Part shown: positions 8,931-19,400 of the stretch, one piece after another
How positions within the stretch are numbered: position 1 is the stretch's first letter
Layout of the letters: each line of letters opens with the position of its first letter
Assembly: GCA_038870975.1 (NCBI GenBank)
Contig: JAVZJD010000001.1
Coordinates: 1 to 64,000 of the forward strand
Direction: 5' to 3'
DNA length: 64,000 nt
DNA from: Candidatus Bathyarchaeia archaeon
Lineage (GTDB): Archaea; Thermoproteota; CALKCG01; B24
Made by a program: the position numbers and the translations under genes
Notes under the pieces: model-generated
The model's database searches: none
The model's input: only the letters and a program-made list of their open reading frames with translations
Told to the model about the DNA's origin: nothing

Positions 8931-11078
8931 GTGTTAGATTTGAGTAAGCCAATCTTAAATATGGGAAACGTAAAGTTGAGCATAGCATCTGTTACGGTTA
9001 CATTTGCCGATAAATCAAGCTCTCTCTGTGAATACGAAGGTCTACGTAAGGATGATATGTATGAAGTCCATAGGTATAGATGTAGAGACGCGGTAGTAGA
9101 TATATATGTATCATCTGACGGTAGATCGTGTATCATCGGCTTCTCAGCAGCTTCCCTGAAAAATCTAGACTCTGAAAGACCATTAGAGGTGGAACTTGCA
9201 TTCAACAGTCCAAGGAAAGCTTTAATATTAACAACCCATAAGGACGTTGCTAAATGTTATTCAAACGCCTTTGGATACTACAATCAAATTGCCATAGGGA
9301 AAGAGCCAAAAGCTTCCAAACCACCAGATGACCCTGAATACCCCCCTAAGTTAAGCTACATTGAACATGATGAGTATGTCCGTGGCTATCCATGCTGGTC
9401 GTATCCGATAATATCTGAAGACTTCGATCAAATACCGTACTATAGTATTTTCCTACTGGCAGACTATGGTAGCGAATACTTAGCGTTACTTACGCTTACA
9501 AGCGGTCATATTACAACATACGTCGAACCCGGATTAAAGCTCAGAGCTTTCTTGGGTGAAACTATGAAAAACGTTGAATTAAGTTGGATGGCGTCGATTA
9601 GCATCGATTGCGATCCCTATAATGCCGTAAAAGACTGTGTTGAATATGCCTCCTCATACGTCATTTTTAAGCCTCGAAGGTTGAAGAAGAAACCCGTATT
9701 CATAGATAGTATTGGCTGGTGTTCATGGAATGCTCTATTGACAGAGGATTTATCCCATGATAACGTTATCAGAATAGTTAAAGGACTGCTGGAGAGAGGG
9801 TTGAATTTAGGTTGGGTTGTGATAGATGATGGATGGCAGGATGAAGTTAGAAGAGAGGGGTGGCCTCTTAGAATCTTAAGAAGATTGTCTGCTAACGAGA
9901 GATTCCCCAGAGGTTTGAAGGGTACTGTTGAAAGCCTGAAGAAACTTGGCGTGGATTTAGTGGGATTATGGCATACGATTAACGTTCATTGGAGTGGTTT
10001 TGACCGCAACCTATCCGAAGAACTGAATATTAAAAGCTACTTCTCCAAGTTTAATGAGAGCTATGTTCCACCATACACATTGAATGAAGCAGTTGAATTT
10101 TATGAAAAGTTCTATTCCTGGGTGAGAACTAATGGATTAGACCTCGTTAAAGTGGACAACCAATGGGTTATTCACGTGCTGTACGATGGCGACTGCTCCA
10201 CGGGTAAAGCCTCTAGAAACGTAGAGCTTGCTTTACAATCAGCAGCCTATGCTAAAGGCCTAGACATTTTAAACTGTATGTGTATGGCTCCTGAAAACTA
10301 CAGCCATTTTCTATTCAGTAATGCTATGAGAATCTCTATGGATTATATACCGTTCTGGAAGGCTGACGCTAAACTCCACACGATTTTCAGCGTGTATAAT
10401 GCTTTACTCTTCAGCCATATAACGTATCCAGACTACGATATGTTCATGTCGTACGACCCATATGCGAAGGTACATGCCGTAGCCAGAGTACTCAGCGGCG
10501 GTCCTATCTATATAACGGATAGAGAGCCAGCTAAGACAGACTTAGACCTGCTTAAACGCTTCATACTTCCCGATGGAAGGCTTGTTAAAGTAGATGAACC
10601 TGCTCTACCTACGAGAGATGTACTGTTTAAGGATCCATACAATGAGCCCATACTATTGAAAATTGCTTCAAAAGCTGGGGGAAGCATAGTAGTTGCGGTG
10701 TTTAACGTGAATAAAAGTGGGGAGCGGATAGAAGATTCTCTTACGCTTGAGGTATTGCCGTTTACGGTTGAACGTGGAGAGTACGTTTTCTATAAGGTGT
10801 TTGGAAATGAATATGGTCTATTGAAGACTGGTGAAAAGCTGAACATACCACTTAGGGAGCTTGAAGTTGAAGTCGTTACGTTGACTCCAGTTGAAAACGG
10901 TAGAGCAGTAGTAGGGTTGAAAGAATACCTTCTACCATCAGCCCTCATAAAGGTCTTAGAGACGGGAGACGGGAGGCTTTTCGTTAAAGCCGACGCTTCA
11001 GGTACCCTCCTCTACTATTCTAACGGTGTGTTTAATGAGGTGAAAATCGAAAAAGAAACTCTAATCGAAATAAGCTAA
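8931..11078 (+). CDS. Sip1/raffinose-synthase-like alpha-galactosidase (GH36)
   Basis: GWCSWNA, VIDDGWQ, VKVDNQ, PDYDMF and SGGPIYITD motifs. Confidence 0.9.
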   Translation: MLDLSKPILNMGNVKLSIASVTVTFADKSSSLCEYEGLRKDDMYEVHRYRCRDAVVDIYVSSDGRSCIIGFSAASLKNLDSERPLEVELAFNSPRKALILTTHKDVAKCYSNAFGYYNQIAIGKEPKASKPPDDPEYPPKLSYIEHDEYVRGYPCWSYPIISEDFDQIPYYSIFLLADYGSEYLALLTLTSGHITTYVEPGLKLRAFLGETMKNVELSWMASISIDCDPYNAVKDCVEYASSYVIFKPRRLKKKPVFIDSIGWCSWNALLTEDLSHDNVIRIVKGLLERGLNLGWVVIDDGWQDEVRREGWPLRILRRLSANERFPRGLKGTVESLKKLGVDLVGLWHTINVHWSGFDRNLSEELNIKSYFSKFNESYVPPYTLNEAVEFYEKFYSWVRTNGLDLVKVDNQWVIHVLYDGDCSTGKASRNVELALQSAAYAKGLDILNCMCMAPENYSHFLFSNAMRISMDYIPFWKADAKLHTIFSVYNALLFSHITYPDYDMFMSYDPYAKVHAVARVLSGGPIYITDREPAKTDLDLLKRFILPDGRLVKVDEPALPTRDVLFKDPYNEPILLKIASKAGGSIVVAVFNVNKSGERIEDSLTLEVLPFTVERGEYVFYKVFGNEYGLLKTGEKLNIPLRELEVEVVTLTPVENGRAVVGLKEYLLPSALIKVLETGDGRLFVKADASGTLLYYSNGVFNEVKIEKETLIEIS

Positions 11079-11193
11079 TCCACCACATTTTACTCCACCG
11101 AATTATGTAGATAAATATACAACTGTTCTGAATTTAGAGGATGACCCACGATATCCTTATAAGCATACTTAGCGTAGATAGTGGACGCTAACG

Positions 11194-12015
11194 TTGGAGA
11201 GAAGCCAAACACAATGGGGAATCTATCCGTCGATTAGTAAGATGTTGACCACGTTCTGCCTAGGATTTTTATTAGGTTTTGCGGCTGGATTGATAGGTGT
11301 AGGTGGAGGAGAATTTAGAATTCCAGTGCTACTCTACATTCTTAAGTTTCCAGTCGTGGCTGCAATCACCGTAAACTTACTCGTAGGACTGTTAACGGTA
11401 ATAGCATCGTTTCTAAGACGTTTTCAACTTGGACTGTTGAGTGGACACTGTCTAACGATTGCGATGGTAATGTCACCAGCCTCAATAATCGGAGCCTACA
11501 TAGGAGCGGCATTAACTGAGAGAATCCCGGAAAAACCTTTGAAGAAAATACTGGCGGTTTTCTTGATAACTGTAGGATTGAAAATCGGGTTGGAGTCCTT
11601 TACCGGGGGGACGGGTGTATCCTACTTAACGTTGGGGTTTATAGAGGAGTCTGCTCTAGCCGCTTTGGTTGGTTTAGCCATAGGAGTAGTATCTGGACTT
11701 TTAGGGGTCGCAGGCGGCGAGTACAGAATTCCAATTTTAATGTATATCTTCAGCTTAGATATCGTTTTAGCTGGAACCACGAGCCTCTTTGTGTCCATAC
11801 CGACGATGGCTTCAGGCCTTCTAAAGCATCAAACTATGGGCCATATGAACAGAAATACTACGATGATAGCAATTGTAATGGGTTTAGGTTCGATTCTAGG
11901 GGCATTACTCGGGGCGTCCTACGTGGAGGCTGTTGAAGAAAGCCTCCTCAAAATGCTCCTAGGTATAATCCTCATCATCGCAACTGTAAGAATGTTTACA
12001 AACCGTGAGAAATAG
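11194..12015 (+). CDS. TauE/SafE sulfite exporter family
   Basis: Duplicated GLIGVGGGE / GLLGVAGGE motifs; multiple TMs. Confidence 0.85.
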   Translation: MERSQTQWGIYPSISKMLTTFCLGFLLGFAAGLIGVGGGEFRIPVLLYILKFPVVAAITVNLLVGLLTVIASFLRRFQLGLLSGHCLTIAMVMSPASIIGAYIGAALTERIPEKPLKKILAVFLITVGLKIGLESFTGGTGVSYLTLGFIEESALAALVGLAIGVVSGLLGVAGGEYRIPILMYIFSLDIVLAGTTSLFVSIPTMASGLLKHQTMGHMNRNTTMIAIVMGLGSILGALLGASYVEAVEESLLKMLLGIILIIATVRMFTNREK

Positions 12016-12248
12016 AATATTTCAACACCACGATTTTACTTATGGCCTCTATGGTAATTGGAAGAGGTTTAACACTACGTTGTAAAATATTTAAGTTCAA
12101 TCGTAGATTTTACCCTCCTTTTAGAGATAGGGAAATAGATGTCTTAGAAGATTTACGTAGAAACGATTTGAAGAAAAATCCTACAACCACTACGATTCAG
12201 ATTTTAACCTTTTTATTCTATCTCATCTCTCTACTTATGTAGAAGTAG

Positions 12249-15116
12249 TTGACTGAAGAAAACGTCTATGAGCTTTTATCAAAACCTATTAGAGACCTAT
12301 TAAAGGAGAGGGGCTTCCATAAGCCTACGGAGCCGCAAGCTAAAGTCATACCTAAGGTTCTGGAGGGTAAAAATGTTCTACTCATAGCTCCCACTGGTAC
12401 AGGTAAAACGGAGGCAGCTGTCCTACCAATTCTAGACATGCTTATAAGATATTATAGAGAGGAGCCCGGTATAAAACTCCTCTACATAACTCCTCTTAGA
12501 GCATTGAATAGAGATATGCTCGACCGATTCCTATGGTGGTGTAGGAAGCTGGATTTAAACGTCGCCGTTAGACATGGCGATACAGAATCTAAAGAGAGAG
12601 TATCGCAAGCCAAGAAACCGCCCGATATTCTGATTACAACACCTGAAACGCTTCAAGCCGTTTTAACAGGCAGGGTTTTAAGAAAACATTTGAAAACAGT
12701 CCGATGGGTTGTGGTAGATGAAGTTCATGAGCTTGCTGAAGATAAAAGAGGTAGCCAGCTTTCAATAGCCTTGGAGAGGCTTAGATGGCTTAAACAGGGT
12801 GATTTTCAAATAGTGGGTTTATCCGCTACGATAGGTAGTCCTGAGGAAGTCGCAAACTTTCTAGTTGGCGTGGGTAGACCGATTGAAATAGTTCGAGTCC
12901 CAGTAGCTAGGATGATGAAACTGGAAATAGTCTACCCCGCTCCTGAAACAGAAGACTACGAACTTTCTACGAAACTCTATACGCATCCTGAAGTTGCATC
13001 CAGGTTGAAGTTTATGAGAAATCTTATAGAGAAACACCGCTCAGTACTACTGTTTACAAACACCAGGCCTATAGCCGAGGTATTGGCAAGTAGATTTAAA
13101 GTCTGGGATGTTGATTTCCCAGTCAGTATCCACCATAGTTCGCTTGCCAAGCCTGCTAGAATAGCTGCTGAAAGGGGGCTAAAAAATGGAGAATTGAAGG
13201 GATTGGTATGTACCAGCAGTCTCGAACTCGGCATAGACATAGGCCATATAGACCTAGTGATTCAGTATATGTCGCCTAGGCAAGTCACAAGACTCGTTCA
13301 GAGAGTCGGTAGAAGCGGCCACGGGGTGGGTAGAGTTGCTAAGGGCGTTATAATCACTATGGATTCGGATGATACATTGGAGGCTACTGTGATAGCCTAT
13401 AGAGCGAAGAAGGAGATGCTTGAACCAGTGAATATTCCTGAGAAGCCTCTAGACGTTTTAAACCATCAAATAGTAGGACTTCTAATACATAAACGAAGAT
13501 GGGAGTTTCAAGAGATACTCGACCTTGTAAGGTTAAGCTACCCGTATAGAAATTTATCCAAGGAGGAGCTCGTAAGAGTTTTAGACTACATGCATAATAG
13601 GTATCCTAGGCTTGCATGGGTTTCATTTGAAGATGAAGTCGTATTAAAGCCTGCTAGAGTTAGAAAAATGTATGAATACTATTTCGAAAGGCTTTCTATG
13701 ATACCGGATGAGAAGCAGTACCTTATTATAGATGAATCTACTGATACAGCGGTTGGAGTACTTGATGAGGCTTTTGTAGCAGAGTTCGGCGAACCTGGCA
13801 CTAAGTTCATATGCCGCGGAAGCCCATGGAGAATAGTGGGTTTAATGGGTGATAGGATATACGTTAAACCTATTGATTCACCTACGGGCGCCATACCCAG
13901 CTGGGTTGGAGAAGAAATACCTGTACCCTTTGAAGTAGCAGTTGAAGTCGGAAAGATAAGGAGAAAATGCGAAGAAATGTTTAGAAGAGGTTTAAACTTG
14001 GAGGAGGTTGCTAGAAAGCTTTCTAAAAAGTATCCTGCTGATGTTGAGACGTTTACTAGGGCTCTCAGTGAGGTTTACGAGCAGTGTAAAATGGGTCTAC
14101 CAGTTCCAAGCGATAAGACGATAACAGTAGAAGACTGGAATAACTTTATAATAATAAACTGCTGTTTCGGTACACTCGTTAATAGGACTCTGGCTAGGCT
14201 CTTAGGGTTTCTACTATCTGAGCAGTATGGTGTAACTATAGGTGTCCAATACGACCCGTATAGAGTGATCCTCGATACAGGCGGTAACTTCTCGGTGGAA
14301 AACGTCTACGAGCTTCTTATGAAGCTATCCGATATGGATGTTGAACAGATTACGGTTAAAGCCGCTGAGAGAACCGGTCTATTTAGGAGGAGGCTTGTGC
14401 ACGTGGCTAAAAGGTTTGGAGCTTTAGAGAAGCATGCCGATTTAACCTCAGTAAACTTGAAGAGTTTAGCTGAAAGTCTTCAAGGTACTGTAATCTACGA
14501 GGAGGCTTTAAATGAAACTATGAGAAACGACATGGATGTTAAAAATACCTTAAGAGTTTTAAATGATATAAAAACTGGGGTTTTAAAAGTGGTTTTAATA
14601 GAGGGGTTAAATGAATCTTCGCCTATCTCTAGGTTGGGTATGGAACGCATAGGACGTAAGACTGACATAATTCCACCCGAGAAAATGCATAGACTCCTAA
14701 TAGAATCTACGAGGGCTAGGCTTATGAACGAGGTTGAAACGCTAGTTTGCCTTGAAAAGAACGACTTTATAGGTTCTGTTAGAGTGAGAGATTTAGCTGA
14801 TGGAGTTAAATGCCCAGTGTGTGGTTCAACAAAGGTTGGTGTAACGCATGAAGATGCTGAAGTCGTAAGGAGGATTCTCCTTGAAAAATCTAACAGACGA
14901 CTATCAAAACAGGAGATGCATATCGTCGATTATATCAAAGAGTCTTCTAGGGTTTTAGAGCGTTATGGCTTTACCGGACTAGTTGTCATGGCAGGTAAGA
15001 GACTTAGTGTTGATGATATCTGGCGTATATTATCCGAGGAGTCTAAACTCTCAGATAGACTTATAGAGCTTATAATAGATGCTGAAAAGAAAGCATTGAT
15101 GAAGAGTTTCTGGTAG
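12249..15116 (+). CDS. lhr: Lhr-family ATP-dependent helicase
   Basis: APTGTGKT, DEVH, SAT, SLELGIDIG, QRVGRSGH; C-terminal CPVC. Confidence 0.92.
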   Translation: MTEENVYELLSKPIRDLLKERGFHKPTEPQAKVIPKVLEGKNVLLIAPTGTGKTEAAVLPILDMLIRYYREEPGIKLLYITPLRALNRDMLDRFLWWCRKLDLNVAVRHGDTESKERVSQAKKPPDILITTPETLQAVLTGRVLRKHLKTVRWVVVDEVHELAEDKRGSQLSIALERLRWLKQGDFQIVGLSATIGSPEEVANFLVGVGRPIEIVRVPVARMMKLEIVYPAPETEDYELSTKLYTHPEVASRLKFMRNLIEKHRSVLLFTNTRPIAEVLASRFKVWDVDFPVSIHHSSLAKPARIAAERGLKNGELKGLVCTSSLELGIDIGHIDLVIQYMSPRQVTRLVQRVGRSGHGVGRVAKGVIITMDSDDTLEATVIAYRAKKEMLEPVNIPEKPLDVLNHQIVGLLIHKRRWEFQEILDLVRLSYPYRNLSKEELVRVLDYMHNRYPRLAWVSFEDEVVLKPARVRKMYEYYFERLSMIPDEKQYLIIDESTDTAVGVLDEAFVAEFGEPGTKFICRGSPWRIVGLMGDRIYVKPIDSPTGAIPSWVGEEIPVPFEVAVEVGKIRRKCEEMFRRGLNLEEVARKLSKKYPADVETFTRALSEVYEQCKMGLPVPSDKTITVEDWNNFIIINCCFGTLVNRTLARLLGFLLSEQYGVTIGVQYDPYRVILDTGGNFSVENVYELLMKLSDMDVEQITVKAAERTGLFRRRLVHVAKRFGALEKHADLTSVNLKSLAESLQGTVIYEEALNETMRNDMDVKNTLRVLNDIKTGVLKVVLIEGLNESSPISRLGMERIGRKTDIIPPEKMHRLLIESTRARLMNEVETLVCLEKNDFIGSVRVRDLADGVKCPVCGSTKVGVTHEDAEVVRRILLEKSNRRLSKQEMHIVDYIKESSRVLERYGFTGLVVMAGKRLSVDDIWRILSEESKLSDRLIELIIDAEKKALMKSFW

Positions 15117-15167
15117 TGGAAAACTCTTTATCTCCGAATTTAACATGTAATAGAATTTAGAGAAATA

Positions 15168-16838
15168 ATGGATTCTAACGACACTTTAGACGTTTTAAAG
15201 CTCGCAGATGAACTCTCGAGTAAAATTGCGTCTGAATATGGCTGTCGTATTGTAGCTTCAGCTCTCTATGGGTCTAGAGTTGCTGGATATGCAAAACCCT
15301 CCAGCGATGTAGACGTCCTACTGATTCTTGAAAACTACGACAAGGGTATACTCTACTTGTACAGAGAATACTGTGGCTATTTATTTGCGGTTTTAACAGT
15401 TGACAAGGCTCTCTTCGAGCTTGATCTCGAAAAAGGCGCTCTAGGAGAATTCGTAGTTGGTAGACTTCTAACACCTTTCATACCTATGGTGGGGAGAGAA
15501 TACCTTAAGGAGAGTTCGTTTAGATTCAAGACGAGAGTCATACTGGAGAGCCTTGCAAGCTTACAGTTCGAGTACCCTGAAGCTTATTCGAATTTCAGAA
15601 TTAAGCCAGAGTTCTTCCTCTATGAAAAACTTTGGAAGAGGGCTAGTATCTATCCACCAGTGAAATACAGCTATAGTCGAATGCTTTCGAATGAACTTAA
15701 ACAAAGAAACCTTCCAATCATGATGGAGGAGTTCATAGAAGCTTTAAAAAAGCTTGAAGCTGAGGGCGTGGTGAAATTTGAAGACGGATACGTAATTCCT
15801 GTTAAAACTCTAAAAGTAAAGTCTTCGGAAAAGGTTTTATCTATATTTAAGGAAGTGGAGCGCGCTACGAAAGCCTACGTTATTCACGGCTATGCGGGTA
15901 GACGTGTAAGCCCCATGAAGGTTGCTTGGGAATTTGCATCTAAAGCTTTTAGGGGGACTGGGTTTAAAAGACACGAGGAACTTGAACCGCCAGAGCGTTA
16001 CCTATACTTGCCATCTTCCGTCGGATATATAAGCGTTTTAGAGAACTTCTCCCCTGAGGCTCTTACGGAGAAGGTTCAATATTTTAAAGAGTTTAAAATA
16101 GAGTCTATTGAAAAACTCGGTGGAACTTTAAATTTCGTAGACCTCATAACCTTACGAAAAAACAACGAGACGTATAGAATCGTTCTTAAAAGGTTTAAAG
16201 ACTGGTACGGCTTTAAATGGTTTCCACTAAGTATATGGACTTTGGGCGTTCAAAAGTTTGCTCTAAGAGGGAAAACCAGGATGCTAAAAGAGTATTCCGC
16301 CCTAATGAGGCTCTCAAATTGGAATCTGCCGAGTCCAAAAGTCGTTTACATAAGCCTAGTGGATAAACTGTTGCTTACCGAATACATTCCAGGACAGACA
16401 TTCAACACGATACTTCTAGAGTTCTTTTCAGCAAGAAGTATCGATTCTTCCATGTTGGAGGCATGTAGAAGCGTTGGAAAATCTATGGCTGAAATACATA
16501 AGCGTGGAATGGTCTTAGGTGATCCAAAGCCTGAAAATATAAAACTCTTCAACTCTAAGGTTTATTTCTTAGACCTCGAGCAGTCGTCTATGGATGGTGA
16601 TCAAGCTTGGGATTTGGCTGAGCTTCTATATTTTACAGGACATATGACGTTAAGTGGTAAGAAAGCTGAGTTATTCGCGTCATTAATCCTCGATGGATAT
16701 CTGGAAGTTGGAGAGAGGGAAATCGTAAAGAAAATTGCAAGTGTAAAGTATCTTAGAGTTTTCACTACGGTGGCTCCTCCCAACGTTCTCTTGGCTATGT
16801 CTAAGGTTTGTAAAAACTACTCTACCCGTATGTTATAA
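15168..16838 (+). CDS. Nucleotidyltransferase / Bud32-RIO-like kinase fusion protein
   Basis: N-terminal YGSRVAG..SDVD (Pol-beta NTase); C-terminal LGDPKPEN...FLDLE...AWDLA kinase motifs. Confidence 0.75.
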   Translation: MDSNDTLDVLKLADELSSKIASEYGCRIVASALYGSRVAGYAKPSSDVDVLLILENYDKGILYLYREYCGYLFAVLTVDKALFELDLEKGALGEFVVGRLLTPFIPMVGREYLKESSFRFKTRVILESLASLQFEYPEAYSNFRIKPEFFLYEKLWKRASIYPPVKYSYSRMLSNELKQRNLPIMMEEFIEALKKLEAEGVVKFEDGYVIPVKTLKVKSSEKVLSIFKEVERATKAYVIHGYAGRRVSPMKVAWEFASKAFRGTGFKRHEELEPPERYLYLPSSVGYISVLENFSPEALTEKVQYFKEFKIESIEKLGGTLNFVDLITLRKNNETYRIVLKRFKDWYGFKWFPLSIWTLGVQKFALRGKTRMLKEYSALMRLSNWNLPSPKVVYISLVDKLLLTEYIPGQTFNTILLEFFSARSIDSSMLEACRSVGKSMAEIHKRGMVLGDPKPENIKLFNSKVYFLDLEQSSMDGDQAWDLAELLYFTGHMTLSGKKAELFASLILDGYLEVGEREIVKKIASVKYLRVFTTVAPPNVLLAMSKVCKNYSTRML

Positions 16839-17385
16839 GCCCTTCTTCCTCAAGCTTCTTCTGAAGCTTATAAACTGCTTGTTTGACTTCCTCTTCTCTC
16901 TTAGCACCAGTACACACTAGTTTGCCACTCGCGAATAGGAGGATTACAACCTTAGGGTCATCCATCCTATAGATTAACCCGGGAAATTGCTCAGGCTCAT
17001 ACATGGTTCTTCCAAGTGTGAAGACAGCCTTCTCAAGGTCTATTCTACCACCCATATTGGCTGAGGCAACAATATTTTGAATTTTAATCTCAGGTTTACC
17101 TATTAATACTATTCCGCTCCGTTTAAGCTCTCTAATTACCCTCTTAACAGCTTTTATGGCTAAGTCTTCAGATTTAGCCCCTGTACATACCATTCTACCG
17201 GAGTTGAAGATTAGAGTAGCTGTCTTAGGCTTCTTAAGTCTGAATATCAAGCCAGGAAACTGTTCAGGCTCATATTCAACAGTGTCTGGGAGAGCTTTAA
17301 CGACCGACATTAAATCGAGGGATTGATTTAACGTGACAGAAACTACGACATTTTCAATCTGTATGATCGGTTTAACTTTAGACAT
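16822..17385 (-). CDS. tbp: TATA-box-binding protein
   Basis: Two [10 protein letters not shown] repeats; start placed at MSKVKP (ORF track start 17412). Confidence 0.97.
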   Translation of the reverse strand: MSKVKPIIQIENVVVSVTLNQSLDLMSVVKALPDTVEYEPEQFPGLIFRLKKPKTATLIFNSGRMVCTGAKSEDLAIKAVKRVIRELKRSGIVLIGKPEIKIQNIVASANMGGRIDLEKAVFTLGRTMYEPEQFPGLIYRMDDPKVVILLFASGKLVCTGAKREEEVKQAVYKLQKKLEEEGLITYG

Positions 17386-17831
17386 AATAATTCCCCCAAT
17401 GCTTAAAAACATTAAAGAAAGCTCAAGTATATATGTGTTAACATTTCCGTAGATTATTCCATCATAAGACTAGTAGCGCCTTTAAAACATCCCTAAGGTG
17501 TCCATTTACAATCAGACTTTTAGCAAACGCTACTATCGAAATATTCTACAGTTTTCGCATCTACATTCTCAGTATACAAGCGACTAAAATCCCTCCCCAC
17601 ATACGCATCGTTTAAAACTATCACAGCTAGATTGGTTCCACCACCTCTACGGATTAATTAAGCACCTCTACACGTATTCGAAAATAGTTTCAAGAAAGCC
17701 ACTTCGTTAAACGATGCCCCTATTTGAATAGTATCAACTTGAAAAGCCCAAAAATGCGATCTTAACATGGCTAGATATAAACTGGAAAAAGGCTGGAAGC
17801 ATATAAAAGCATGACGGCCAGTCTTCCAAAT

Positions 17832-19073
17832 TTAACATACGGTGAATAATCCCTTAGCCAAGTTTAAACAGAACTCCTGAATGTGATCTAATTCATCCAT
17901 TATTATTGCCTCAATAGGTTCTTTGACGGTTTTAACTTTCAAACCTTTCTCTGGAACAACTTGAACCGCGGCGACTCTAGGTCTATTTATAGGCTCACCT
18001 ATGTGGCTTAGAAGCCACACGTATACTTCTTTAAGCCCTGAAACCTCTCTATGGATTCTATCGGCCATCTTATAGGTTAGTACATTGTATATCTTTCCTA
18101 TGTGAGAAACCGGGTTTTTACCTGCAGCAGCCTCACTACTGATAGGTCTATTCAGTGGTATTATACCGTTGACTCTATTCCCTCTACCTACTTGCCCCGA
18201 GTCTGAGTCGTCAGCACAAGTCCCTAGCACCGTAAGATATACGCCTTTAACACCCCTGCCTCTTCTATCTAGCGTGTTGAGAAATACCTTCACTTTTCCA
18301 TCTGTATACCTCTCAGAAACCCATCTATTTATTTCTTCGAGGACTTCCTCCTTATGTTTAAAGTAGGCATTTTCAGACTCTATAAACCTATCTACGAAGG
18401 CCATTGCTACCGTTAATTCGAGAGAATTCCCCCTTCTAAACCCCATCACTTTAACATCTTCACCAGTCTCAGGATGCTCACGTTTGAACTCTTTAGAGTT
18501 TAAAAACCTCTCCGTTTCTAAAACTATTCTCTCGGTAGTAGTCATAGGGGCATATCCAACGGCGGCTGAAGTATCATTAGCACCTAAAACCTTCGTCTTA
18601 CGCTCAAATATGTCTCTTAAAGCCTCAGAGCCCCTTTTAAGCTCGATTTGGTATTTTACGTGAAGATCTGGATTTACAAACCTAAGGTTTTCTCTAAACC
18701 ACTTCTTAGCCGTGTTTATAGCTATCTCATCAACAGGTATGTACTCTTCACCTACTTCATAGGTAGCTCTGTCTCCGAATATGAGCACCATAGCCTTCTT
18801 TAAAACCCCACCTCCAAACCTATGTTCAGCCTCACCAGCGGCTAGTAAGGCTTTATCTATATTATGGTGGGCAATTGTATTGAGGCGTTTGAGGTATTCG
18901 AGGCTTAAGTTTACTGAGACAGAATCCATAATAGCGTCGCATATATAGTCTGGATGCCCAAGCCCTCTGAGGGCTGAACGATACTAATACCGTTCAGCTT
19001 TCCTCTCAACTATCTCCACAGCCTGCTCAGAGACAGACTTACGATTAAGCTTTTCAATCGATATTATCGTCAT
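17832..19073 (-). CDS. mat: Archaeal S-adenosylmethionine synthetase, interrupted by a 33-nt putative intron (exon 1 19073-19000, exon 2 18966-17832; 402 aa spliced)
   Basis: MTIISIEKL...VEIVERK | GLGHPDYICD, ANDTS, GEDVKVMG, GQVGRGNRVNG, EAAAGKNPVSHIGKIYN; the ORF-track call 17832-18929 lacks the GHPD motif. Confidence 0.93.
18967..18999 (-). other. Putative bulge-helix-bulge(-like) mRNA intron in mat
   Basis: mRNA GAGG-AA^A-GCUGAACG(GUAUUAGUAU)CGUUCAGC-CCUC-AG^A-GGGCUU; in-frame UAG at 18984-18986; excision yields GAG AGG AAA GGG CUU = ERKGL. Confidence 0.85.
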
Positions 19074-19151
19074 AGTGCATCTAGTCTTAAGGATATCAGA
19101 GATTCAAATTAAGGTTTGCGGTTGAACTTTTTATTACTAAGGGTAATTTTA

Positions 19152-19385
19152 CTAAGCCCTAAGCTGTATATACAACACGTTATTTCCCCTTATGAATATA
19201 TTCCCATAGTGAGCTGACGGATCGTTGCCTTTATACTCATCGGCATCTGTCAATATGAGGTTCATATAACTGTCACATGTCAACATTCTACCCACGTATT
19301 CGTAGTCATTCTTCAGTTTAATCCTTATTACGGAGTTTCTATAGCGCACCAATATGTTTAAGGGCTTCTTGCTAGGTTCTACCAT
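19152..19385 (-). CDS. Sm/Lsm family RNA-binding protein (SmAP)
   Basis: Sm1 GRMLTCDSYMNLIL and Sm2 IFIRGNNVLYI. Confidence 0.93.
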   Translation of the reverse strand: MVEPSKKPLNILVRYRNSVIRIKLKNDYEYVGRMLTCDSYMNLILTDADEYKGNDPSAHYGNIFIRGNNVLYIQLRA

Positions 19386-19400
19386 CGACTTACACCTCCT

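Noticed and set aside
17832-18929. ORF-track MAT starting at Met 18929, or mat as a pseudogene
   Set aside because: It would lack the essential GHPD motif. The true N-terminus is present in frame upstream, and the only interruption is a precisely excisable structured insert.
18984-18986. Amber read-through (pyrrolysine or recoding) as the explanation for in-frame TAGs in mat, PaREP1 and the HerA remnant
   Set aside because: Read-through would put 11 residues into the MAT active-site motif. Many intact genes here (relE, lhr, tbp, lsm) end in TAG, and the other two cases carry additional lesions.
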